This document shows positions 35,426 through 44,773 of a stretch of 47,272 bases of DNA, in pieces. The stretch is taken from the sequence record SRR9188676_2819; one strand, 5' to 3'. The notes below the pieces were generated by a model. The model ran no database searches. It was not told the DNA's origin and was given only the letters and a program-made list of their open reading frames with translations. A program made the position numbers and the translations under genes. The first letter of the stretch is position 1. Every line of letters begins with the position of its first letter.

Positions 35426-38400
35426 TTAATCATGGTCATGACCTTCAGATTGAGATACACCAGTTTCTTTATAAGCACCAGTTTCCTCAGTTAGGTCACC
35501 TTCAGAATTACAAACGAATAATCTTGGTCTTCTAACTTCTGGTTTTACCGTAGTAGCTCCGCCCGCTTTAGCATTCAACATTTTTTGAGTAATACGATTA
35601 CGTTCAGCCGCAATTTTTAAACGTAATTCTTTGTCTTTCTCAAGGTCGAAATAGGTAGCACCGTCGATAATTACTTTTTCAGGTTTAGCGTAAACTGAAA
35701 GCGGATTATTATTCCATAAAACTACGTCAGCATCTTTACCAACTTTGATACTTCCTAAACGATTATCTAAATGCAACATTTTTGCTGGATTCAAAGTAAC
35801 CATTTTCCAAGCTTGTTCTTCCGTCATACCGCCATACATTACTGTTTTGGCAGCTTCTTGGTTCAAACGACGAGCCATTTCTGCATCATCAGAGTTGATA
35901 GAAGTATTTACGCCAACTTTGGTCATCAAGGCTGCATTGAATGGAATCGCTTCTTTTACTTCCATTTTATAAGCCCACCAGTCAGAGAAAGTAGAAGCAT
36001 TTGCGCCATGCTCTTTCATTTTATCCGCTACTTTATAACCTTCCAAAATGTGCGTGAAAGTGTTTACTTTAAAGCCCAATGAATCGGCAACTTTCAATAA
36101 CATATTGATTTCAGATTGAACATAAGAGTGACAAGTAATGAATCTTTTCTTGTTCAAAATTTCTACTAAAGCATCTAATTCTAAATCACGTTTTACTGGT
36201 GCTAATGCAGGATTTGCCGCCGCTGCTTTAGTTGCTTTTTCATATTCTTTTGCTCTTAAGAAAGCATCCATCATGATTTGCTCAACACCCATTCTAGTTT
36301 GTGGGAAACGGATTCTAGCACGGTCGCCCCAGTTAGCTTGTTTTACGTTTTCACCCAAAGCGAATTTGATAAAACCATCTGCATTTGGAATTTTCAAAGC
36401 ATCTGGTGCTTCGCCCCATTTCAATTTGATGATGGCCGATTGTCCACCGATTGAGTTTGCCGAGCCGTGTAATAATTGAGAAGAAGTAACTCCACCCGCC
36501 AATTGACGGTAAATATTAACGTCTTCTGAATTTACAACGTCTTCCATTCTTACTTCAGAAGTAACAGATTGTGTACCTTCGTTTACTGATAATAAAGCAA
36601 TGTGTGAGTGTTCGTCAAAGATACCATTGGTTAAATGTTTACCTGTACCGTCAATTACTTTTGCACCGCTTTCCGAAAGATTTTTACCTACTTTCGCAAT
36701 TTTACCATTTTGTAAAAGCACGTCAGTATTAGCGATGATACCATCTTTTTCGTTTGTCCAAACCGTCGCATTTTTTACTAAAATCGTTTCAACTTTTGGC
36801 TTTTCTTCTGTTCCGTAGCTAGTGAAAGGATATGATAATTTTCCGATTTCTGGAATTACTTTTTTCGCAGTGTCAACTTTTGCTGGCGTTTCTTTCATTG
36901 CTTCTTTGAAAGTAGCAGTGAAAACAATCGCTTGTCCGTTGGCATCTAAACCATCACCTTTAAAATTCTTTCCGTCAAAATAAGTACTAATACGAGTATC
37001 GCCTTTGTCTTTTTTAGGATCAAGTTTAAAGCTCAAAGTAAAGTTTTCGCCAACTCTAGTCACTTTAGGACTTACTTTGATAGAATCTGTTACCACAATT
37101 TGAAAATCTGGTTTTTCAACTTTGCCAGTAACATTCAATTTCAAGCCAGTTTTGCTACCAACAGTCAAATCATAATTTGCACGAACATCAACAACGTTCA
37201 TGTTTGAAATCACATAACGTTTTCCTTTTACCCAGTTTTCATAAATTACGTTTCCATCTTTGAAAAGATTATCAGAAGTAATCAAGAAATTCGCTAACAT
37301 TCCCACTTTTAATGAACCCACTAAATTATCAACTTTCATTAATTGTGCAGGCGTAGAAGTAATGGCTGCTAAAGCAATTTTTTCATCTAAACCATATTCA
37401 ATCGCTTTACGAAGATTTGCCATAAAATCTGCTTTCGATTTTAAATTGGCACTTGTAAAAGCGAAATTCACACCTGCTTTTGATAATAAAGAAGCATTTG
37501 CTGGTGCCATTTCCCAATGTTTCATTTCTGCTAAAGAAACTACAGAAGCATCGTACGGGTCTTCAACATCTGGTGTAGTTGGGAAATTCAAAGGTAAAAT
37601 TAAAGTAGCACCTGTTGCTTTTACTTCATCAAGACGTTGGTACTCATCGCCCATGCCTTTGATGATGTATTGCACGCCAAATTCTTTAGCGATTTTATTA
37701 GCACGAAGAATTCCTAATTTATCACCCACTTCAAATACTTGTGGAATGCCTTGATTGGCATTGAAAGCATCTAAAGAAATATTAAACTCAACTTTATTTT
37801 TTGATTTTTTGAACCAATCAGCATCGTAATAAGTCTGACGAATTAATGCCACAGAACCCATCATAGAGTTTGGATAGTCTTGGGTAGATGTTCCTTTCGA
37901 GAAAGAGTAATGAGCAGAAACTTTACTTTTCAATAAAGCGTCTTGGTCACGACCATCGCCCAATGCCAATAAAGTAGAAGTACCTCTCACGATTCCGTCT
38001 TGCACGTGGCTAATAGCGGCACCAAATCCAGCTTTACGAAATTCATCTGCAGCAGTTGGGTTGATAGTGAAAAGACTTGCCGCATCTACTTCTGGTAAAA
38101 TTGCTTGGTTCCAGTTGTAAGCACCTTTTTTCTTAGACTCAAATTGTGGGTCGGCTCTGAAACCTCTTCCACCTTCACTTTTATTTTCTGGTAAACCATA
38201 ATTTGAATAAGCTTCTACTAAAGAAGGATAAATTCTTTTTCCTTTTAAATCAGTAATGGTAGTTCCTGTAGGAATGCTGATGCCTTTGCCAACTGCTTCA
38301 ATCACTGAACCACGAATTAATAATGTTGCACCTTCAAGCGTAGTGTTGGCATCTACTACAATTGTTGCATTGGTGAAAGCGTAAAGATTAGGTCTTTCGT

Positions 38401-38494
38401 CCTGAACGCCATTGCGAGGGGAGAATTGGGTTTGCGCATGAACTATTGACCCCAACAGTAGTATGTTAATAAGGGTAATAAAAAGTTTTTTCAT
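35426..38494 (-). CDS. Secreted double-domain amidohydrolase
   Basis: Two amidohydrolase units; the C-terminal one has DEHSH, CHSY, FTH, NSDD, GSIKVGKDAD. Confidence 0.88.
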   Translation of the reverse strand: MKKLFITLINILLLGSIVHAQTQFSPRNGVQDERPNLYAFTNATIVVDANTTLEGATLLIRGSVIEAVGKGISIPTGTTITDLKGKRIYPSLVEAYSNYGLPENKSEGGRGFRADPQFESKKKGAYNWNQAILPEVDAASLFTINPTAADEFRKAGFGAAISHVQDGIVRGTSTLLALGDGRDQDALLKSKVSAHYSFSKGTSTQDYPNSMMGSVALIRQTYYDADWFKKSKNKVEFNISLDAFNANQGIPQVFEVGDKLGILRANKIAKEFGVQYIIKGMGDEYQRLDEVKATGATLILPLNFPTTPDVEDPYDASVVSLAEMKHWEMAPANASLLSKAGVNFAFTSANLKSKADFMANLRKAIEYGLDEKIALAAITSTPAQLMKVDNLVGSLKVGMLANFLITSDNLFKDGNVIYENWVKGKRYVISNMNVVDVRANYDLTVGSKTGLKLNVTGKVEKPDFQIVVTDSIKVSPKVTRVGENFTLSFKLDPKKDKGDTRISTYFDGKNFKGDGLDANGQAIVFTATFKEAMKETPAKVDTAKKVIPEIGKLSYPFTSYGTEEKPKVETILVKNATVWTNEKDGIIANTDVLLQNGKIAKVGKNLSESGAKVIDGTGKHLTNGIFDEHSHIALLSVNEGTQSVTSEVRMEDVVNSEDVNIYRQLAGGVTSSQLLHGSANSIGGQSAIIKLKWGEAPDALKIPNADGFIKFALGENVKQANWGDRARIRFPQTRMGVEQIMMDAFLRAKEYEKATKAAAANPALAPVKRDLELDALVEILNKKRFITCHSYVQSEINMLLKVADSLGFKVNTFTHILEGYKVADKMKEHGANASTFSDWWAYKMEVKEAIPFNAALMTKVGVNTSINSDDAEMARRLNQEAAKTVMYGGMTEEQAWKMVTLNPAKMLHLDNRLGSIKVGKDADVVLWNNNPLSVYAKPEKVIIDGATYFDLEKDKELRLKIAAERNRITQKMLNAKAGGATTVKPEVRRPRLFVCNSEGDLTEETGAYKETGVSQSEGHDHD

Positions 38495-38690
38495 GTTTTG
38501 TTGATTTTTGTGAGTGTGATAAAAATAATAAGGTCTAAAAATAGAGTCAAAATTAGAAATATCCTATTTCACTTTTATTTTTTCGCTCAAAGAAGCCATT
38601 GTAATGATTACTGGTTTGTAAAAGTGATAATTCATAAAGAGTTTCTTTCAGAAATTAACTGATTAGTACTCTTTTTTAAAAAAGTTTTGC

Positions 38691-38720
38691 TGTAAACGTT
38701 TCCGTAAACGTTTACGGAAA
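38691..38720. promoter_or_regulatory. Tandem LacI-type operators including a perfect 22-bp palindrome
   Basis: TTTCCGTAAACGTTTACGGAAA (38699-38720) overlapped by GTAAACGTTTCC (38692-38703). Confidence 0.75.
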
Positions 38721-38802
38721 AATATTCAAAAAAAACCTTGAAAAGTGATATTTATTTGATATATCTTTAAGAGAAAATTATACAGATACTCTTATTTTAT
38801 CT

Positions 38803-39384
38803 ATGATAACTACAAAAAAAATAATCGACGAGGTTGCATTATGGAATGAATTTAGAGCAGGAGACCATGCTGCTTTTTCTTCAATTTATCATAACTATGT
38901 TAGTTTATTGTACAATTACAGTACAAGTATTACTGCTGATAGAGAATTGATTAAAGATTGCTTGCACGACTTATTTGTAGAATTGTGGAAAAATCATCGG
39001 AATTTAGGTGAAACAACTTCTATTCGTTATTACTTGATGGCTTCTATCAAAAGAAAATTAGTACGTCATTTAGAAACTCAACAACGCCATTTCCAGCATC
39101 AAGAGGCATATTATCTTGAAAATCCTGATTTTATTACTTCGCACGAAAACCGTTTGGTTGCTTTTGAAGAAGAACAAACTTTTAGTGATACTTTGACGGA
39201 ATCATTCAAGTATTTGACAAAACGTCAGCGTGAAGCAATTTCACTGAAGTTTTTTCATGATATGGATACTGACCAGATTTCTAGTAAGATGAGTATTAAC
39301 CCGCAGTCGGTTTATAACCTTATTTTTGGAGCATTAAAAATTTTAAAAGAACATATTTCCGTAGAAAGACTCACAATCGCATGA
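38803..39384 (+). CDS. ECF RNA polymerase sigma factor
   Basis: GDHAAFSSIY, DCLHDLFVELW, LTKRQREAISLKFF, SVYNL. Confidence 0.93.
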   Translation: MITTKKIIDEVALWNEFRAGDHAAFSSIYHNYVSLLYNYSTSITADRELIKDCLHDLFVELWKNHRNLGETTSIRYYLMASIKRKLVRHLETQQRHFQHQEAYYLENPDFITSHENRLVAFEEEQTFSDTLTESFKYLTKRQREAISLKFFHDMDTDQISSKMSINPQSVYNLIFGALKILKEHISVERLTIA

Positions 39385-39406
39385 TATAAATTTACTTTTT
39401 GTATTC

Positions 39407-39441
39407 AGAGCCAAAATCGGGTGATTTTGGCTCTTTTTTTT
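39407..39441 (+). terminator. Strong intrinsic terminator after the ECF sigma gene
   Basis: AGAGCCAAAATC-gggt-GATTTTGGCTCT followed by T-tract. Confidence 0.85.
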
Positions 39442-39554
39442 GTTTGAATATTAGATTAGTACATTTTTTAAAAAATATATTAATAAATGAGTAGAAACTG
39501 TATTTGACTAGTCTTTTGCTGATAATACAAGTTTTACTTAAAATATTTATAAAA

Positions 39555-39818
39555 TTGTTTGAGCAGCGATTCACAAAGTACAAAGATTTTATGTCTGAAG
39601 ATTTTATGTCAGACAGTTGCTTTATTGAATGGGTAAAATCAGAAAATCAGTTAGTCGAAAATAATTTTTGGCAAGCATTTTTGAAAAAATACCCTGAAAA
39701 GCAAGAAGAAATCGAAATAGCAAAATTTATTCTAAACAGTCATGAAAAGAATATTTTGCCAGAAAATGAAGTAGAATCACTCTGGAGCCGTATCAATTTA
39801 ACCATTTCAATAATTTAA
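39555..39818 (+). CDS. Stand-alone N-terminal (cytoplasmic) domain of a FecR-type anti-sigma factor
   Basis: EDFMSDSCFIEWV...FWQAFLKKYPEK..EIEIAK...LWSRI; stops before any TM or FecR domain; start uncertain (TTG 39555 or ATG 39591). Confidence 0.7.
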   Translation: MFEQRFTKYKDFMSEDFMSDSCFIEWVKSENQLVENNFWQAFLKKYPEKQEEIEIAKFILNSHEKNILPENEVESLWSRINLTISII

Positions 39819-39846
39819 CTATCACAATTAAATCAATCAAAAACAC

Positions 39847-42800
39847 ATGGGTATGAAATCTCTACTTAAATTAAAAAGTAATGTAGGTTGGGCAATTTGT
39901 TTGTTGCTTTTATCTATCACATTCACTGGTTTTGGTCAGGATCGATCAGTAACTGGTAAAATCACTTCTGCCGACGACGGGCAAGGTATTCCGGGTGTTA
40001 CGGTTGCTGTAAAAGGAACAAACAGAGGAACTACTACAGATGCAAATGGTAGCTACAAAATTGCGGTAGGTACAAATTCAACTTTGATTTTCTCTGCAAT
40101 CGGTTTCAATACGCAAGAAGTAGCAGTTAGTAATCGCTCAATTATTGATATCAAACTTTCTACTGACATTAAATCAATTGATGAGGTAGTAGTAGTTGGT
40201 TATGGTACGCAAAAGAAAAGTCAATTAACTGGTGCTATTTCACAAGTGTCTGCTAAACAAATTTCTGAAATGCCAATTACCAACTTAGGTCAGGCATTAC
40301 AAGGAAGAACTGCTGGGGTTGACGTTTCACAATCAGGTTCAAAACCAGGAACAACGCCAAAAATCTTGATTCGTGGTCGTCGTTCATTCAACGCTGGAAA
40401 TGACCCTTTGTATGTAGTAGATGGTATTCCATTATCTGCTGGTTATGAAGATATGAACCCAAATGATATTCAATCAATTGAAGTATTGAAAGATGCAACT
40501 GCAACCGCTATTTATGGTGCTAGAGGTGCAAACGGTGTGGTTTTGGTAACGACAAAAAGAGGTGGTGTTAAAGGTAAAACTACTGTAACGTATGATATGT
40601 ACGTTGGTCAGTCGGAAGCTTTAAATAAAATGACTCTTTTCAATGGTCCTGAATTTGCTGAATATGTTAGAGAATCTTACCGTGCTACAGGTATTTATAA
40701 AAATGCAGCAGGAGCTATCGTTCCAACTGGTCAGTCAGACCCAGTTGCCGATTCAAAAATTGCAGTATTAGGTGGTGACCCTAACGTAGTAGAAGGTTTA
40801 GCGCAAGGAAGAAGTACAGATTACCAAGATTTAATTCTTAAAAAAGGTTTCCAACAAAACCATACAATTGGTATTCAAGGTGGTAACGATAGAACTCAAT
40901 TCTATATTTCTGCTGGTTATTTCTTAGATAAAGGGATTACTGAAGGTTTGGATTATACAAGAACAACATTACGTGCTAACATTGACCATGAAATTAACAA
41001 GTGGTTGAAAATTGGCTTGTCGTCTTACATGATGTTTAGTGATAGAAATGGTGAAAACTTGAACCCTTACAGTTTCACAATTCAACAAAACCCATTAGGT
41101 GCTGCTTACAAAGCAGATGGAAGTATCAACTTTACTCCAACAAACGATGCTTTATTGACAAACCCATTGGCTGAAATTGTTCCAGGTGCTCAGGTAGATA
41201 ATACAAAAAAATACAGAATTTTCAACAGTATTTATACAGAAGTGAAAATCATGGATGGTTTGAAATACCGTGTTAATTTTGGACCAGATTTTACATTATC
41301 TCGTTGGGGTAGATTCATTGGAGCTCAAACTAACGCTAGAAAAGGTGGTGATGCACAAGCAAGTAACGAAAACCGTTTTGGATTCAACTGGACGCTTGAG
41401 AATATCTTGAACTATTCAAAATCTTATGGAAAACATAATTTGAATGTTACTTTACTTCAGTCTATTCAAAAAGATCGTTTTGAAATTTATGGTGCAAACG
41501 TACAAGGTGTTCCTGCTGAAACACAACAATTCTATAACTTAGGAAATGCAAGTACTGTAGTAGGTGTGGGTAGTAGTTTAGTTGATTGGACGATTAACTC
41601 TTACATGGGTCGTATCAATTATGATTACAACGATAAATATTTAGTGACTGTTACTATGCGTCGTGATGGTTCTAGCCGTTTTGGTTTAAACTCTAAATAT
41701 GGTAATTTTCCAGGAATTGCTTTAGGTTGGAATATGAGTAATGAAGATTTCATGAAAGATATTCAGTGGTTAGATTTACTTAAAGTAAGAGCAGGCTATG
41801 GTGCAGTGGGTAACCAAGGGGTGTCTCCATATCAAACTCAAGGTTTGTTAAGCAGAACATCTTATGCTTGGGATAATTCAGGTGCTTTCGGATATCGTCC
41901 AAATACAATTGGTAACCCAGATTTAAGATGGGAAAGTTCGGCTACTACTAACGTGGGTTTTGATTTTAGTTTCTGGAAAGGTAAAGTACAAGGTTCTTTG
42001 GAATTATACCAAACAAACACAACCGATTTATTATTATCTGACCAATTACCGGGTTCAATCGGTTTTGGAGCTGTAACACGTAACGTGGGTGAAACTAGAA
42101 ACAGAGGTATTGAATTAGGGCTTACAACTGTGAATATCAATACTGGAAGCGGTTTTAAATGGACAACTGATTTCCAATTTACTAGAAATAAAGAGGCAAT
42201 CGTTTCGCTTTATAATGGTGCAATAGATGATATTGGTAACAAATGGTTCATTGGTCAACCATTGAACTCATTCTTTGACTACAAAAAAGCAGGTATCTGG
42301 CAAATAAGCGAAGCTGAACAAGCTGCTAAATATTATCCGGGTGATAAAGGAAATGCTTTGGGTGCAGGTGTTGGTCAAATCAAAGTACAAGATACTGATG
42401 GTAATGGTGTAATTAACGCATCAGATAGAGTACTTCTTGGTTCTGATGTTCCAGACTTTTCAGCAGGTTTAACTAACCGCTTTACTTATAAGAATTTCGA
42501 CTTATCGTTCTTCTTCTTTGGTCGCTTCGGACAAATGATTGTAAGTGGTTTCCACCAAAACAACAATGCTTTGGCTGGTCGTTACCAACAAATCAAAGTA
42601 GATTACTGGACACCAAACAACCCAGGTGCTGAGTATCCTCGTCCATTTAGTACACAAGAGTTTCCTCAATATAATACTACTTTAATGTACTTCGACGGTT
42701 CATTTATCAAGTTAAGAAACATCAACTTTGGTTATACTTTCAAAGATGGCGTTGCGAAGAAATTAGGCATGGAATCATTGAGACTTTTCTCTAGTATTCA

Positions 42801-42933
42801 ACAACCATTTATTTGGTCGAAATTTATTTCGAAATACAATGGTGTTGACCCAGAAACATCTGGAACTTCAGTAAACAACGGTATTACACCAGCAACAAAA
42901 GTGTTTACTGTAGGTATCAACGCTAAATTTTAA
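39847..42933 (+). CDS. susC: SusC/RagA TonB-dependent transporter
   Basis: EVVVVGYGTQKK, PLYVVDG, LKDATATAIYGARGANGV, NPDLRWE, terminal Phe. Confidence 0.96.
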   Translation: MGMKSLLKLKSNVGWAICLLLLSITFTGFGQDRSVTGKITSADDGQGIPGVTVAVKGTNRGTTTDANGSYKIAVGTNSTLIFSAIGFNTQEVAVSNRSIIDIKLSTDIKSIDEVVVVGYGTQKKSQLTGAISQVSAKQISEMPITNLGQALQGRTAGVDVSQSGSKPGTTPKILIRGRRSFNAGNDPLYVVDGIPLSAGYEDMNPNDIQSIEVLKDATATAIYGARGANGVVLVTTKRGGVKGKTTVTYDMYVGQSEALNKMTLFNGPEFAEYVRESYRATGIYKNAAGAIVPTGQSDPVADSKIAVLGGDPNVVEGLAQGRSTDYQDLILKKGFQQNHTIGIQGGNDRTQFYISAGYFLDKGITEGLDYTRTTLRANIDHEINKWLKIGLSSYMMFSDRNGENLNPYSFTIQQNPLGAAYKADGSINFTPTNDALLTNPLAEIVPGAQVDNTKKYRIFNSIYTEVKIMDGLKYRVNFGPDFTLSRWGRFIGAQTNARKGGDAQASNENRFGFNWTLENILNYSKSYGKHNLNVTLLQSIQKDRFEIYGANVQGVPAETQQFYNLGNASTVVGVGSSLVDWTINSYMGRINYDYNDKYLVTVTMRRDGSSRFGLNSKYGNFPGIALGWNMSNEDFMKDIQWLDLLKVRAGYGAVGNQGVSPYQTQGLLSRTSYAWDNSGAFGYRPNTIGNPDLRWESSATTNVGFDFSFWKGKVQGSLELYQTNTTDLLLSDQLPGSIGFGAVTRNVGETRNRGIELGLTTVNINTGSGFKWTTDFQFTRNKEAIVSLYNGAIDDIGNKWFIGQPLNSFFDYKKAGIWQISEAEQAAKYYPGDKGNALGAGVGQIKVQDTDGNGVINASDRVLLGSDVPDFSAGLTNRFTYKNFDLSFFFFGRFGQMIVSGFHQNNNALAGRYQQIKVDYWTPNNPGAEYPRPFSTQEFPQYNTTLMYFDGSFIKLRNINFGYTFKDGVAKKLGMESLRLFSSIQQPFIWSKFISKYNGVDPETSGTSVNNGITPATKVFTVGINAKF

Positions 42934-42994
42934 GCAAAAAGATGAGGTACAAAAAGTGCCTAGAAACTGTAGCTAAAAAAGTATCAAACATTAA

Positions 42995-44689
42995 ATGAAA
43001 AAAAAGATGAATATCAAATATAAAATATTTAAACATGCAAGAATCTTAGGTATTGCCACTTTAATGCTAACTGGGCAATCGTGTTCTGATTTATTGGATG
43101 AAAAAGTGATTTCAGGTATTGGTAACGATTATATCAATACTCCTAAAGGTTTTGAAGATGCAGTAAATGCGGCTTATTCAACACTCAGATATTATTATGG
43201 TACACAGCAAGGCTTAACCATGACTGAGTATGGTACTGATATTTACGCAACTGGTGCAGATGGTGGTTATAAAGGTTTCCACTTTTATGATACACAGCTT
43301 AACCCAACGGTTGACTATCTAGCTAATACTTGGGATGAGCTTTATCGTGGTGTTAACACTTGTAATGCAATTATTGGAAGAGCACCAGCTGCAACAGTAA
43401 CTGACGCCATTAAAAAAGTAAGAGTAGCTGAAGCTAAGTTTTTGAGAGGACATTACTACTTTATTTTGTTCCAACAGTGGGGTGGTGTTGACTTGAGATT
43501 GACAGAAACCTTGAGCCCGACTAAAGTAACAAAAAGAGCAACAGAGGCTGAAATGTATAATGCAATTATTAAAGATTTAACAGAAGCAATTGCAGATTTA
43601 CCAAATTCGTCAACTCAGTACGGGAGAGCTACTAAGCCTGCTGCTGAAATGGCCTTAGCCAAAGTTTATTTAGCAAAAGCATATTCTTCACAAAAAGCTG
43701 CTGACGATTTTTCTAAAGCTGCTACTTTGTGTACTAGCGTAGTAAATAATTATGGCTTTAAATTGTTAGATGATTTTGCAAGTGTATTTGATGAAAATAA
43801 TCAGAAAAATTCTGAAATCGTTTTTGCTGTACAATATACTTCAGATCTTTTAACAAATTTAACAAACAATACAGGTTCAGTAAATGGTGGTAACAACCTA
43901 CATTTATTCTATGGTATGCAGTATGACGTACAAGCAGGTATGCAACGTGATATCGTGAATGGTCGTCCATTTAAGCGTTTACGTCCTACTACTTATTGTA
44001 CCGATGTAGTGTTTGGTGAAAGAGTAAACGATTCACGCTATAAGAAAACGTTTAAAGATACTTGGTATTCAAACAAACCGGGAACGTACAATACTGCATT
44101 TGATGATTCTAAGACGAGTGTAACTTTTGCATCAGGCGATACAGCAATTTTTATTCCGGGATATGAAATGTCTAAAGCAGATAGAGCTAAGAAGAAATAC
44201 CAAGTTTTAGTACCAAGTAAATACTCTGAAGCTTTATTCCCAACTTTGCGTAAGTTTTTCGATACAAAACGCCCTGATATGACTTATGAATCTGGTAGCC
44301 GTGATTACTTTGTTTTCAGATTAGCGGATACTTATTTGATGTTGGCTGAAGCGCAGTTAGGAGCAGGTAATAAACAAGCTGCAACAGATGCAATCAATAT
44401 GGTGCGTCGTCGTGCTGCTTGGCCTGGAAAACAAAGCGCTATGGAAGTAACATCTAACGATATGACTTTTGATTTGGTTGTAGAAGAAAGAGCTAGAGAG
44501 TTAGTAGGCGAGCAAACTCGTTGGATGGATTTGAAACGTTGGGGAAATCTTGTTGAGCGTGTTCAAAAATACAATCCACAAGCTGCTGCAAACGTGAAAG
44601 CTTCAAACTTGGTTCGTCCAATTCCTCAAACTCAAATTGACCGTTCAGAGGGTGGAAATGCAGGTTTTTCTCAGAATCCTGGCTATTAA
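42995..44689 (+). CDS. susD: SusD/RagB nutrient-binding lipoprotein
   Basis: Lipobox GQSC; AEAKFLRG, RLADTYLMLAEA, ERARELVGE..RWMDLKRW, QNPGY. Confidence 0.96.
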   Translation: MKKKMNIKYKIFKHARILGIATLMLTGQSCSDLLDEKVISGIGNDYINTPKGFEDAVNAAYSTLRYYYGTQQGLTMTEYGTDIYATGADGGYKGFHFYDTQLNPTVDYLANTWDELYRGVNTCNAIIGRAPAATVTDAIKKVRVAEAKFLRGHYYFILFQQWGGVDLRLTETLSPTKVTKRATEAEMYNAIIKDLTEAIADLPNSSTQYGRATKPAAEMALAKVYLAKAYSSQKAADDFSKAATLCTSVVNNYGFKLLDDFASVFDENNQKNSEIVFAVQYTSDLLTNLTNNTGSVNGGNNLHLFYGMQYDVQAGMQRDIVNGRPFKRLRPTTYCTDVVFGERVNDSRYKKTFKDTWYSNKPGTYNTAFDDSKTSVTFASGDTAIFIPGYEMSKADRAKKKYQVLVPSKYSEALFPTLRKFFDTKRPDMTYESGSRDYFVFRLADTYLMLAEAQLGAGNKQAATDAINMVRRRAAWPGKQSAMEVTSNDMTFDLVVEERARELVGEQTRWMDLKRWGNLVERVQKYNPQAAANVKASNLVRPIPQTQIDRSEGGNAGFSQNPGY

Positions 44690-44709
44690 TTTTTGAATTG
44701 AATCTACGT

Positions 44710-44743
44710 AAAAAAACCTGATGTGAAAGCATCAGGTTTTTTT
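44710..44743. terminator. Bidirectional intrinsic terminator
   Basis: A7-CCTGATG-tgaaag-CATCAGG-T7 between convergent susD and nspC. Confidence 0.88.
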
Positions 44744-44773
44744 ATTGATTTCATTAACTGAAAATTTAATACT

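Noticed and set aside
37260..37754. 164-aa antisense ORF and the other short overlapping ORFs in the track
   Set aside because: Antisense or out-of-frame shadows of well-supported genes, with no motifs
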